A DNA stretch of 64,000 nucleotides from Macrostomum hystrix (taxonomy: Eukaryota > Animalia > Platyhelminthes). The notes under the pieces are model-generated. The model had not been told where the DNA came from. It saw only the letters and a list, made by a program, of their open reading frames with translations, and did no database searches. The stretch's first letter is position 1. Every line of letters starts with the position of its first letter. Made by a program: the position numbers and the translations under genes. The stretch spans positions 1,922,001-1,986,000 of the forward strand of contig CATNEN010000039.1 of NCBI GenBank assembly GCA_950097015.1, given 5' to 3'. Below are positions 36,408 through 48,090 of this stretch, piece after piece.

Positions 36408-36825
36408 AAACTAAAATTATCCCCTAGGATTCAAGAAACTAAAATAATCCCCAAGGATTCTAGAAACTAAAATAATCCCCAAGGATTCTAGAAACTAAAA
36501 TAATCCCCAAGGATTCTAGAAACTAAAATAATCCCCAAGGATTCTAGAAACTAAAATAATCCCTAAAGATTCTAGAAACTAAAATAATCCCCAAGGATTC
36601 TAGAAACTAAAATAATCCCAAAGGATTCTAGGAACTAAATAATCCCTAGGTTCTAGGAATGAAAATCCCCAAGGACTCTAGGAACTAAATAATCCCCTAG
36701 GATTCTAGGAACTAAATAATCCCCTAGGATTCTAGGAAGTGAAGTCCTAAGGATTTAAGAAACTAAACTAATCTCCAAGGATTCTAGGAACTAAAAAGTC
36801 CCCTAGGATTCTAGGAAGTGAAATT
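36408..36825. repeat. 28-bp minisatellite (AAACTAAAATAATCCCCAAGGATTCTAG)n, decaying to the right
   Basis: About 15 units. Confidence 0.88.
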
Positions 36826-37388
36826 CCTCTATTCTACTCGTACCTGCTGGAATGCCATGGAATCCAGGAAATAAGCAGCAATCGTATTGTATCAATACCC
36901 GCTGTCGAGCGGGACCGCATCAGCGTTACAAAAGTTAAAGACTAATTTATTGTCTTGTCTGGGACTCACTCACAAAAGTTTTAGTCCTATTTGTTGCCAG
37001 TCGAACAGCAAAAAAATGCTACCAAAACCATTGCCAGTTTGTGCATAATGTCGGAACAAAACTTCTTGCTAATTTGCCTATTTAAAAATAACCTAGGGAA
37101 ACTGTGTCACACGCAAAGCTGTGCAGGAGAAAGAAAGCAGAAATGATGAAGAAAAGCTGAAGAACTAAAAGCTCAATTTCGGATGCGTCTTATATCAAGC
37201 ATGTAAAAATGCAGGTGTTTGCTGCAATGCAAACAACACACAGCTGGCTAATCAAGCCCATGCCTTCACGGGCCACTGGCAAAATTCAACCAATCCAATC
37301 CAACTGGCGGGTCGGTTCATCATAAAAGACCAGCTAATAAAGAACAAGATAGTTATAAAGGGAACGGATCTGTCATTCAAAGTGTTTT

Positions 37389-37740
37389 TGAACGTGGACG
37401 TGGAGCCGCTCAGACAGACTCGAGAATTTCTAGACCAATTGCAAGCCTTGATTATTACTCGTAGCTCGTTCAAGTATAGAGTTCAGTTTAGCTCTGTATT
37501 CGTTTTTCCTTCCCGCAGGGAGCTTATCTGTTGGCTCATGCATCAATTCTGTGCGCAACTCTCTCATAATACTCGTTGGTTTACTTACTCAGTTTCAATA
37601 CAATTTAGGATAACGTTTTCTGCTGCTCTTTTCATGTTTTTTGTGCTCAGCACGTACAGCAACTCGTACAGGAAAATAAACACCAGATGCGTCATCTTTT
37701 ATGGAGCCGCGCCTCTTGCAACGAAAACTCACACGCTTGA
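37389..37740 (+). repeat. Dispersed copy of the sequence just 3' of the FkbM-like ORF (inverted copy at 58250-58598)
   Basis: Near-identical to the reverse complement of 58250-58598; the ORF track shows the shared peptide LRQTREFLDQLQALII..SFKYRVQFSS. Confidence 0.9.
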
Positions 37741-38058
37741 ATCGCAGCAGTAGCCCTATAACCAGAATCGCAGCAGAAGCCCTAACCAGAATCGCAGCAG
37801 AAGCCCTCTAACCAGAATCGCAGCAGAAGCCCTCTAACCAGAATCGCAGCAGAAGCCCTCTAACCAGAATCGCAGCAGAAGCCCTCTAACCAGAATCGCA
37901 GCAGAAGCCCTCTAACCAGAATCGCAGCAGAAGCCCTCTAACCAGAATCGAAGCAGAAGCCCTCTAACCAGAATCGCAGCAGAAGCCCTCTAACCAGAAT
38001 CGCAGCAGAAGCCCTCTAACCAGAATCGCAGCAGAAGCCCTCTAACCAGAATCGCAGC
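37740..38058. repeat. 26-bp minisatellite (AATCGCAGCAGAAGCCCTCTAACCAG)n, same family as 48.1-53.6 kb but inverted
   Basis: About 12 units; reverse complement of TTCTGCTGCGATTCTGGTTAGAGGGC. Confidence 0.93.
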
Positions 38059-38063
38059 TAAGC

Positions 38064-38875
38064 TGGAAAATAAACACCGCAGTCGAGAAAGGCTACATCC
38101 TGGTGTTTACCTGCGCAGCGACAAGACCGGTTCACCTGGAGCTGGGGAAGGACCTGTCGACTGAAACGTTTCTGCGGAGATTTTGCGCTAGGATAGACAT
38201 CCCTAGTCTCATCAGCGACAACGCCAAGAGGTTCGCAAAATCTGCGCGGAGCTGCTGCAATCATCGGAGAGCCCGCAACTTCAGGCTTTCTGCACCTCAC
38301 ATAAGATCTCCTGGCAATTTATTACTGAGCGTGCACCCTGGCAAGGCGGCTTCTGGGAGCGGCTGATGAAGGACATCTAGCTGGCACTGCGAAAGACCAT
38401 TCTCAATGCCTGTCTCACACCGGAAGACTGCTGACAGTGCTGCTGGAGGTCGAGGCAGTGCTGAACAGCCGCCCTCTGCTATGCGTGGATGCCGAGACCA
38501 ACGGAGAAGTTCTAGTCCTACAACGGCTGACGACGGAGGCAACTTCAAGCGGCGCGCCGGATCTCCTACTTCCGTTGCCGACACTGCTGAAGCGAATGCG
38601 CGCCAAACTGCATGCTTTCTGGGACTGCTGGGAACGACAGTATCTGACCAGCCAGCGAGAACATCATCGCAGTCCCAAGCATGGCGTCACTCGAGAAGCT
38701 ACGATTGGTGACATCGTCCTGGTGAAAGGCGAGGCGGGACAGCTGAGGCTCACCTAGTGCACTGGTTTTATCGAGTCAGTGCATCCGGTCTGCAACAGTT
38801 CGCACTCAAGCCTGGCCGCGGTCGCAGGAGATGCTTGATCTGCATACCGGTGGAGAACCTGATTTTGCTGAAATC
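38064..38875 (+). mobile_element. Decayed BEL/Pao LTR-retrotransposon integrase fragment
   Basis: Frame-shifted motifs GYILVFTCAATRPVHLEL..DLSTETFL, ISDNA, ITERAPWQGGFWERL, LLEVEAVLNSRPL, FWDCWERQYL, IGDIVLVK. Confidence 0.88.
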
Positions 38876-40550
38876 TGGGACAGAATGAACTTTATTACTG
38901 ACTTTCAAGGACTGTTTCATTTTTTTTTTTGAGAACAATTTTCTAGGTCTACGATGAATTTTTTTCATCATTTTATTCGTCTATTTTTCATTGTTCTGTT
39001 ATCTAGTCGCATTATCAGTTAATCAGTTTCGAATGTAACACTGTGTTTCTTTCGTATTATCTCCAAACTACGAGTAGAAAACACTTTCCCACTGCGCAGC
39101 GCAACCGTTTCTTTAGTTTACTTTCCCGTAAATTCTGTTCTAATCCTCGTTTCGCTTCCGCTTTTCGAATACTCGTATCAACATTCACCGTGTTGGGGCA
39201 GGTGTGGAGCTGTGCATGATGTTGGTGTTGCATCAGAGAGCTAGAGAGTGAGAGAGAGAGCACTTTCGATTTATACTATATAGCCAGTTGGCCACAGGGC
39301 TCTCTGAGTAAAGTTTATTTATTCTGTCTGAGGAACCCTCAGACTTAGGTATTTTTCCAGAATTATTTATTGAGTGCATGCACTACTTCAATCTTGAAAG
39401 TCAGGTCTGTATTTGCAGTCGCTGTGAGTGCTGCTGCCCTCTTGTAACCCCCGCACGAATGTAACGGGGACCCCGTCGTGACGACAGCAAGAGCTGGCAG
39501 CCAAACCTGAGATAAATCGGTGTGAAAACGAAGCAGCTGCTTGGTTTGAACACTTCCGCGCTTATCTCCCAATTAGTGTTGAGAGTGTCAGTGTGAAAGC
39601 GATCGTTAGGTTGCAGTTACTGGCCTTCAATTCAAACTTGGTGGCGCCACTCAGCAGCGAACTCCGCAGAAAACTGACTCGCTCAGAACGTACCTGTAAG
39701 TGTCAATTGTATTCCAATCAGCCGTGACTGATTCACACCTTATACGGTCCAAAGCCTAGCAACTATTAATAGTTATAACTAGTTCAGTCTATATATGATT
39801 CCTTACAGTTAGTCAGGTATCCGTACATGCAAGTATAAAATAAGTACAGTTGAAGGGATCAGTGGTAGAGTGTTTAACGCGTTTGCCTGCAATGAGCAGT
39901 TCGGTAAGGGGTGTGTCACATGCAGTGATAAATTTGAAACATGTCAATTACGTCTGGCAAGTGTCCCTCGCAGTTCACCTGAGATAAACTCGGGTGCGAA
40001 CTCAAAATGGTGTGTCTTACAAACTGCGGACTAACCAATGTACGGAGCATAATTTCAGAACTGGGTAAGATGGTTGCTCAGCTACAATCAAACTACAAAC
40101 ACTTTGAGACCAAGCACACTGGTCTCACTACTCTGAGAAACAAGGCCTCTTAGCGGACAGATTGGCCTCACAAAGTCCGATGACCTCCACCAGTGGGTGG
40201 GGCATTTAGTGATCGTGGCATATCAGGCCTCCACTGAAGAGGCATTGTGCTGCGTGTATAATCAATTGCCCGTGTGCTGGCACTCGGGCAATTGTTATTT
40301 CCGAGGCTAATTCTATCGGAGAATGTTTGAGGGGCTTTTGGTCGACCCGGCCCAGTCGAGACTAGATTTCTGTAATGCCCTACCTGCTGCAATTAAAGCG
40401 TTATCTATCCGAATACAATAGCAATGTGGGCCGCTCTTCTTAAAAAACCCGTCCCACTTGTCAAACTGACGTAGTATAAATTGAAGCTAGATAGAGAGGA
40501 GAGAGGGTCTCGCAGTTGATCGCTCAGCCAAGTTTCGGACGTCAGCCAGC

Positions 40551-41250
40551 ATGGCGACAGCATTGCCCAATCCGGAGTCCTCTGCCGTGGCGAAGCCGGG
40601 CGCAGGGCGCGTGATCGTAGCGCCGATCTCCGAGAATATCGACGAGGCCATGCGGCTGCTGGACTGGTATTCCACTAACATCAGCGCGCCTGGAGACCGG
40701 CTTGTTCTGGTGCGTCTCCTCATACCGGACTTCGAGCCGACGACAAGCGCGACAAGCCGCAAGTTGACAACAACGACAACCTCCTCCGTGCAGTACCAAG
40801 GCAGCGCCTCCTCATCCGCTGCGTCTACTTCGAGCAGCGAGGACTCGAGTCCGGCGAGTCCGATCGGCCAGCTTGTCGACGACCTCAGCATTGAGGCCCA
40901 GATGGAACGACAATTAGAGGCTTCTGTTAAGCAGGTGAGCCCGCTTGCCACATTGCCCTGGCTTGCTTTAACTGTTAGGATGTCGTTATTAATGCCATGT
41001 TTCCCAGGAGGTCCGCCTGGTTCGCCGGCTACGCGAGCGTGGAAAATCCAACGGCGGTCCGCGCTCTTTCCGTTTCATCCACGCCTTCGGCAGCGAGTTC
41101 ACGGACAGCCTGCTGAGCATCGCCGCCGAGCAGGGCGCGTGCGCCATCCTGGCGCCGCTGTCGGCATTCGCAGCTGATCATGACCTGGCCAGGACCTACC
41201 ACCTGTACAAGAAGGCTCGAATCGGTGTCATTCACGCACCGGACTGGTGA
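40551..41250 (+). CDS. Universal stress protein (USP)-like protein
   Basis: Exon 40551-40934 (RVIVAPISENIDEAMRLLDWYSTNISAPGDRLVLVRL) splices in frame to 41008-41250 (FTDSLLSIAAEQGACAIL). A possible alternative last exon starts at 41778 (DFLIDSHLPVLVTE), resembling the USP C-terminal strand. Confidence 0.65.
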
Positions 41251-41967
41251 AACCGGGACTGAAAATCGCTTACCGATTGAACGAACGTTGCTGAAGCACC
41301 GCCAGCCAAACTTGGCAAACAAATATCTTGGGAAGCACGAATGAATCCTCAGCAAAACTTCATCTTATTAGAATATAGCAGCTCCAAGTGCGAAATGTTC
41401 TGTAAATTCTACGCTTTCTTTCACTTTGAAATCAACATATTTTGTAAAAAAAGAGGAAGAACGCCATTTTCTCAATTCCTACTGTCTCAGACACATAGAA
41501 ACATATTTGCGTGATTACTGATGAGTCAGGTATGTTAAGGGTGTTCTTTAACGATTTATAAAATGTTGCAATTAAAATGTTGCAAAATAATAAATAAAAA
41601 GTCGCGATTGGACAACCCGATTATCAAACTCGCCAATCCGAACAGTGTTTGGTTGTTCTCTCTTAAGTCAGAAATCTTTACTCAACATCAATTACTAAGA
41701 CGCAAGAATGGGATAATAATATTCCATAAATTACAGTAACAGAGCGCGATATTTCTCATTGCGTGTTTGTCTCACAGATTTTCTGATTGATTCACATTTA
41801 CCTGTTCTTGTCACCGAAACAGATGCTTTTCAATTCGATACAAGCAAATATATATACCAGCTAGTAACACAAAAAGCAGCAAACCAGAGCATAAAGATTT
41901 TAGTCGCTTTTTTCAAGAATCTGCTTGGAAAAAATTGCATAAATTTTAAAATCTTTTTTATGAGGTA

Positions 41968-42300
41968 TTGGAGCAGACGGATCATTTAGTCCGGAACACA
42001 ACGGCCTCCGGCCTTTTCCGGCTCAAGGCGGACCGCCTCGGTAACGTTATTTTGGCCCGACTCCGCACCGGCCAAAGCCCTTGCCTCGCGTGCGGACAGG
42101 CTCCTGAAGACTGCCAGCACCTCATTCTGGACTACGTAGCTCGGGTAGCCGCCCGTCGCAGCCACCTCGGCCCATCCCAATGCCTTGCGACTCTGGGCAA
42201 GCGCAGGGACGGCCCGCGCGTTGTCGATTTCTTCTGGGAGGTTGGTGCGGTGACCCGCCCCCCAATGGAGCCTCCGCCGGGTAAATTGACAACAAAAACT
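41968..42300 (+). mobile_element. 5'-truncated non-LTR retrotransposon (LINE) 3' end
   Basis: ILARLRTGQSPCLACGQAPEDCQHLIL matches the ORF2 C-terminal 'RLRTGH..C..C....HL' knuckle; an A/C-rich tail (ACAACAAAAAC) follows. Confidence 0.7.
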
Positions 42301-42533
42301 CGGGCTGAGGCCCGCTGGCGTCGATAATAAGGACAATGCACTCGGCTGAGTCCATGAAGAATTTACAATTCTCCTTGTTGAGTCACGAGTGCGCGAAGCA
42401 TTGAAATGCGCGAAAGTACGCCAGATTGTCCTGCCGCTACACGGCGTTATAGGCTTAAATTAGCGTTTCAGCGTTTTCATTGACGCGTTTTGGGCGACGT
42501 TATGAGAACATAATAAGGACTCATCATAAGAAC

Positions 42534-42853
42534 GGGGTGGGTGGCATAGTGGTTAGCGCGTGTGCCTCTCGCAACAAAGTCGCTGTGCTCGATTCCGCGG
42601 CGAGGCCGAATTCATTTGGGGCGCAGCCGCGGAGAGAAGGCCTGGGGGCTTGTCGTGCAATTTACGCCCTTGAGGGCCAACCTCCAAGGCACAGTGGAGT
42701 GTACACTGCCTGGCGATGAGAAAGTCAGGGCAGATGTACACACTCGTGTGTGCGTGTGTGCTCATGAGTCAGCGAAACGGGCAGAATTGCCTCCTCGTTG
42801 GCTGCAGGTTTTGTGTCACCAAATGATGTGCCATTGCCTGCAGCCCTCCTGCA
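42534..42853 (+). mobile_element. tRNA-derived SINE (near full length)
   Basis: A box TGGCATAGTGG and B box GCTCGATTCC; body GGCGCAGCCGCGGAGAGAAGGC is shared with three other copies in the window. Confidence 0.82.
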
Positions 42854-43463
42854 ATTAATATTGTTATCGAGCGATAATCAGAATCGTACAAGGCGTGCTA
42901 GCTGCCTCGAAGCAGGTTGAGCTGGGCCTCGTTGTAGGCCTCCTCGTAGGGTCTGGCCAACAGCCAGTTGAGCATGTGAAAGCCACTCCTCACCCGGCGC
43001 TTGTTTGGATAGAGCTTCATGGTCTTTCGGTGCAGCCGCTTCTGCAGCCAGCGGGGAAATATCGACTGCATCTCACATAGAAGCTGCACCTGTTGAATTT
43101 CGAGATCTTATGAGCATTTGAGTGCTACAACACGCTTGTTTGACAGCATTGCAGTCTTAAATTTATATGATAAAGTTTCATTCAGTTGCCAAATAGTGTC
43201 AACTGCGGATCGGGAATTTTATAGATATAACCATAGCAACGCCCTCATCAGCAACACTTGATCTCCGTAATCGGAAGTACGAGTATGACTTGTGATTGGT
43301 CGATCTCTGATTGGCGTGATGCTTTAGTTTGCATGGGCGCTTGATCAGCCAACCCCTGTCTTTGCTGTGCTGCTCTCGCTTGAAGTCTTTTTTAATTTCC
43401 ATTTTTGCCTTTAATTTAAATCGAAAATATGTCATTAACTTAAGGTTGACGTTATAAATACTA

Positions 43464-44817
43464 CGGGTGTGTCATAAGTAATGTCACTGTGGTTGTTGTG
43501 CGGGAACACAAAGCAATAATCATCCAAATATATTATATTCTGAAAGTACAATTATTGAGAAGTTGCCACCACACCTGAGCAGCAATTTTAATGTCTATGG
43601 CCAAAACTGTCGCAAGAATTTGTTAATCAGATTTAGCAAGCGCAACGCGATGAAATCTTCTTTTTGCAACGAGCAAAACTCAACATGAATCACGACAAGA
43701 CGCACATCCAGTTCTACGCTTTCATTCGCTTCAAGCTTGGAAAATCTGCACTTGAAGTAGAGGAGGATCTCCGGAACACACTGCCAGACAACTGCCCAAC
43801 TCGCAGGACAATTTACAGGTGGTTTCAGAACTTTACTGATCCTGGGTTCGAATTGGGAGATGCCGCCAGATCTGGACGACCATGTTCAACCAGGACAATA
43901 GAGAACATCGAAGTCATCAGCGACCTGGTCAAGGAAGACCCGCGGCAGTCTGTCAGGGAGCTAGCGGACTGCTTGGAGATTGATTTCAAGACAGTCCATC
44001 GCATCTTGACAAAAGATCTCCATCTCCGAAACGTCTGCTCGGTCTGGGTGCCCCATGACCTCACTGCGGACCAACGTCAGGCCCGCGTGAACTGCGCCAA
44101 TCAGATCCGCAAGGTGTTCAGCAGCCGGGGCTTGGATGACATCCTAAACTGCCTGGTTGTTGAGGATGAGACCTGGCTCCACCTGGATGGCAAAAGCAGC
44201 AAGGCAGACAATCGCTGCTGGCTGGGAGCTGGGGACTCCAGGCTGACTGTGACCAGGAGGTCCATCTCAGACAAGAAGACCATGCTGCTGGTGGCATTCA
44301 CGCCAAACAAACGAGTCTCCATCTGTACAACTCCGCCAAACACCAAGGTCGATGGCCAGTACTTCATCGACTTTGTCCGACACACTGGGAACCTCTGGCG
44401 CACGCTCCGGTCAAACCCGATTCACCTGAACGAAGTTCTGTGGCAGATGGACAACGCACGGCCCCACACCTGTCAGGCTGTTTCGGATTTTCTGGCTGGA
44501 CGGCGAGTAAATCTGCTCTGGCAGAGTCCCTACAGCCCAGACTTCAACTTGTGCGACAGGTTTCTCTTTAAATGGCTGAAGGCAGACTTTTCCCAGAGAA
44601 GTTTCGCAAACCATGATGAGGTCAAAGAAGCCGCGTTGCACTGGTTCCGACAGCTGGAGGAAAAACACCTGCAGGCTGAGGTAGAGAAGCTGTACGAGCA
44701 CTGCCAGAGGGTGATTGATATTGGGGGACACTATGTTGTTGATTGATACAGTTTCGTTCATCTGCGATTGTTAGTTGGTCTGTTTTACCCTCAGTGACAT
44801 TACTTATGACACACCCG
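43464..44817 (+). mobile_element. Full-length mariner (Tc1/mariner, DD34D) DNA transposon
   Basis: Perfect 26-bp TIRs CGGGTGTGTCATAAGTAATGTCACTG (43464-43489 / 44792-44817); left flank TA, right flank AA. Confidence 0.95.
43685..44746 (+). CDS. Mariner transposase, intact, 353 aa
   Basis: HTH region with RSGRP, WVPHDL, DETW, DNARPH and YSPDFNLCD; 34 residues between the second and third Asp. Confidence 0.95.
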   Translation: MNHDKTHIQFYAFIRFKLGKSALEVEEDLRNTLPDNCPTRRTIYRWFQNFTDPGFELGDAARSGRPCSTRTIENIEVISDLVKEDPRQSVRELADCLEIDFKTVHRILTKDLHLRNVCSVWVPHDLTADQRQARVNCANQIRKVFSSRGLDDILNCLVVEDETWLHLDGKSSKADNRCWLGAGDSRLTVTRRSISDKKTMLLVAFTPNKRVSICTTPPNTKVDGQYFIDFVRHTGNLWRTLRSNPIHLNEVLWQMDNARPHTCQAVSDFLAGRRVNLLWQSPYSPDFNLCDRFLFKWLKADFSQRSFANHDEVKEAALHWFRQLEEKHLQAEVEKLYEHCQRVIDIGGHYVVD

Positions 44818-44924
44818 AAGTACAAAGCTATTGATGTCGCTTTTCGCAGCGCGCCTCCCGCTTGTTCTTCGCCATTGCTTCGCTTTGTGTTTGGCTGGTC
44901 ACTAGTGGCTCGTTTCACCTTATG

Positions 44925-45157
44925 TCTCTCGCACCAAGGTCCCTGAGCTCGATTACACGACGAGGCGACATTAATTTCGGGCGCAGCCGCGGAGAGAAGG
45001 CTTGGAGGCTTGTCGTGCAATTGAGGGCGGACACCCAAGGCACAGTGAAAGTGTGCGTGTGTGCTCAGGAGCCAGCGGAATGAGCAGAACCGCCTCCTCG
45101 CTGGCTGCGTGTCTAGTGTCACCAAATGATGGGCCATTGCCCGCTGCCCACCTGCAG
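44925..45157 (+). mobile_element. SINE copy, 5'-truncated
   Basis: Matches 42534-42853 with an internal deletion. Confidence 0.8.
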
Positions 45158-45780
45158 ATATTTTATTATTAAGCAACTCAGATTCGATGAGCTGCACACA
45201 TGGCCGAAATGAGTTCGCGTGCTTTTCCTGATAGCCAAGTACGAGCATTACTTCTCAGGTGATTACTTGTCGAATCGAATTGATTATTTGAATGCGTTCG
45301 AATAGTTTCAATGTCTCCAACAGCTAGACCGACCTGAAATATGAGCTCAATTTCTGAAATCGAATCTTTAAAACAAAAACTCAACAAGCTTCAAAATCTT
45401 CAAAATTGTCTTCACGTCTTCACTCACCAAAAGGTTGATCAGCGCCACCGACACGATGACAGCAAAGAACACAAAAATGGTCTGCGCAAATTCTTTGAAA
45501 ATTCCGTTGATGGCCTCAAAGTAGGTCTCGTATTCGAATTCGCTTCAACGACATGTCGAATGTCTTCATGATCGACTTCCCGAAGGTTCTGCAGCATGAT
45601 GTTTTAAGAGATGATCAAATGAAGAATCTCACTATAAATCCATAAAAAGTATCACTTCAGAAGCGGATCATGTTTGTTGCGGCATTGAAAAACTATTGAA
45701 AGCGCCAGATGGTAATGCTGCGTCACCCAGGCGTGAATGAGCTGATTTTTCAGCGTTTTGATTTGCAACAGACTTGTCAC

Positions 45781-45980
45781 GGGGGTGAGTGGCAGAGTGG
45801 TTAACGGGTTTGCCTCTCGCACAATGGTCCCTAAACTCGATTCAGCGGTGAGGACACATTCATTTAGGGCGCAGCCGCGGAGAGAAGGCTTGGGGGCTTG
45901 TCGTGCAATTTACGCCCTTGAAGGCACAGCGAAGTATAGACTGCCTGACGATGAGAAAGTCATGGCAGATTTACACACCT
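45781..45980 (+). mobile_element. SINE copy, 3'-truncated
   Basis: GGGGTGAGTGGCAGAGTGGTTAAC head and shared body; abuts the TRPA S5 exon. Confidence 0.8.
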
Positions 45981-48090
45981 CGAAATGTAAAATGAAAGCG
46001 AAAAGCCCGTCAGTAGAAAGATGAAAACGCTCAGCGCTTTCACAAGAGTTCTCAGAACGTCCTGAAACATCATGGCGTAGATTCCGGCACACTGAAATGA
46101 GCAAGACAGAGGCTTTCATTATTTGATCAATGACCACTTGCTCTAAGAGAAGTACAATTTTGAAGCCCGCTTGCCAGCCTTCAGACTCACTTTTGCATCT
46201 GGAATAGGAAAATTCCCCAGGTGAGCGCTATGGAAAAGATGCCGCTCGCCCAGTTAAACTAGCACGGCTCGTACGAAGGCGGCCACATGAATACCGCTGT
46301 GGTGCCAATTAGAGCCAGGTAAAAGTAAGTCTCCACGTCGAGGAAGTAGCGATAGCCCTGCAATCAATGTTTGTATGTTGAGTGGAATGCATGCAGAATC
46401 TATAGGTAAAAGGCCTTATGACGTTGACGAAGTCACTACTGTTGGTGACGTCACTTCTGTTGGTGACGTCACTACTGTTGGTGATGTTACTAGTGATCGT
46501 GAACATGAAGTAAAACTTATTCACCTTAGAGATGAGTTTAGCCAGCTCTACAAGGAATCGGAGGCACATGAAGCAAAACACCAGGTACTTCTCGACGATC
46601 AGTGATCTCGACTCCAGAGCTCTCCGCTCTCCGGTCTGTAAATCGGAAAATGGCTCGCGTGATTATCGCAGCTGGAAAAATTTTACTAAGAAACTCACCG
46701 TAGTGATATTCAGGCAGAGTGTGTCTAAGTTGAGGTCCTCGATTCTCGGCGGCTTCTGATCAATAATGAAAGCCGTATTGACTGCCATAAATAGCAGGTA
46801 AGCAGCATGTCAATCAGGAAATAGTAGCGACCAAATGTGCACCTAGAAGCGAGAAGTAGAAGAGACGGGATTGCCTGATGATCGTACGAAAACTCTCCAC
46901 TCAAACAAATAAGCTCACCATTTGTGCAGGGTGAGCACAGCAGTCAGTGGATGCGTGAGCAGGTAGTCTAGGGTTACCTGTTGGTGATTTAGGATGGCTA
47001 AGCTAGGATTGAGCATATTTATGGTCGAAATTTGTCTTCAGACTATTTCCAACTTCAGGCTTACAATCGAAATTGATCAGTTTCTTACCGAGAAGTCTTT
47101 GTCCAGAATTTCGCACTTCGACTTCAGTACGCAGTTGTCAAGCACCTTCTGAAGCCAACAAGGTTTTGAATTCGTTGTTGAAATCTTTCGTCCTACTCCG
47201 CTGTATGTTGATAATCAGGAGTAGAGCTTGCTGCGTCGGAACGCCTTGAAGTCTTCGAAGCTTAATAAAAGTTTATAATTGTACGTAAAAAGCATTCGTA
47301 CAAATCAATTCTGTACTGAATGACGGTGTCATTGAAAGAAGTAGATAAAATTAAAATGGCGTTCATAACACCACTGGCCCAGCCGCTTCAAAAGGTTGTG
47401 TACAGCTAGTTGTTCAGTCCGTGGACTGTGGAGGCCACACGCACCCAAATTTCTACCTCAGCTGATGCTGGTAGGCATTTTACAGCTGGGTGATTTTTAC
47501 AGCCCAAGGCATTTTACCTGCCCTAGGCTTCTATCCGAGTTGCAGGGCAGGTCCAAGCCCCGATCCCTGATCTGACTGGCTGGTCCCCGCCCCGGGGCCT
47601 GATCTGATTGGCTGGTCCCCGCCCCGGGCCTGATCTGATTTGCTCGTCCTGCTGCTTCTCTCAGTCCTCATCATAGGCATCAGAGGCCATGCTTCTGAGA
47701 GCACTCACTGATCGGGTGCCATGAAGACCTCAATGGCGGCTTCATTGCTGCTGGATGCAGCCAGGTCTAGAGGCACCTCGCCGATGCAGTTCTCAAGCAT
47801 CCGGGCGCCGTTGTCCAGCAGCAGTCGGACGCAGGAGCCAGTTGTGTCCTGCTTGGTTGCAGAGTGCAGAGCCGTGTTCTGCGGGTGCAAGAGATTTCTC
47901 GTTTTCAGTGCTTTAGCGCGTCTGAGTACAGTGCTCAGGATACACAGGGGAACACATGACGCACCTGACTCTTGTCCTGAAGGTTGGCGTCGCAGCCGAA
48001 TTCCAGCAGACGGGCGGCGATACTCTCTTGTCCACCAGACACGGCCAACATCAGAGCAGAGCAGCCAAAGTCATCTCTGAAGGCGTTTTG

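Noticed and set aside
36830-37390. Possible decayed coding sequence upstream of the shared 37.4-kb segment
   Set aside because: Short open stretches are present, but I could not recognise a domain.
39030-39920. Possible 3' LTR or primer-binding site for the BEL fragment (TGTAAC.., TGGTGGCGCC)
   Set aside because: No paired termini, TSD or second LTR copy could be established.
46259-46261. Programmed stop-codon readthrough in the TRPA gene
   Set aside because: Several frameshifts accompany the stop, so decay or sequence error is a simpler explanation.
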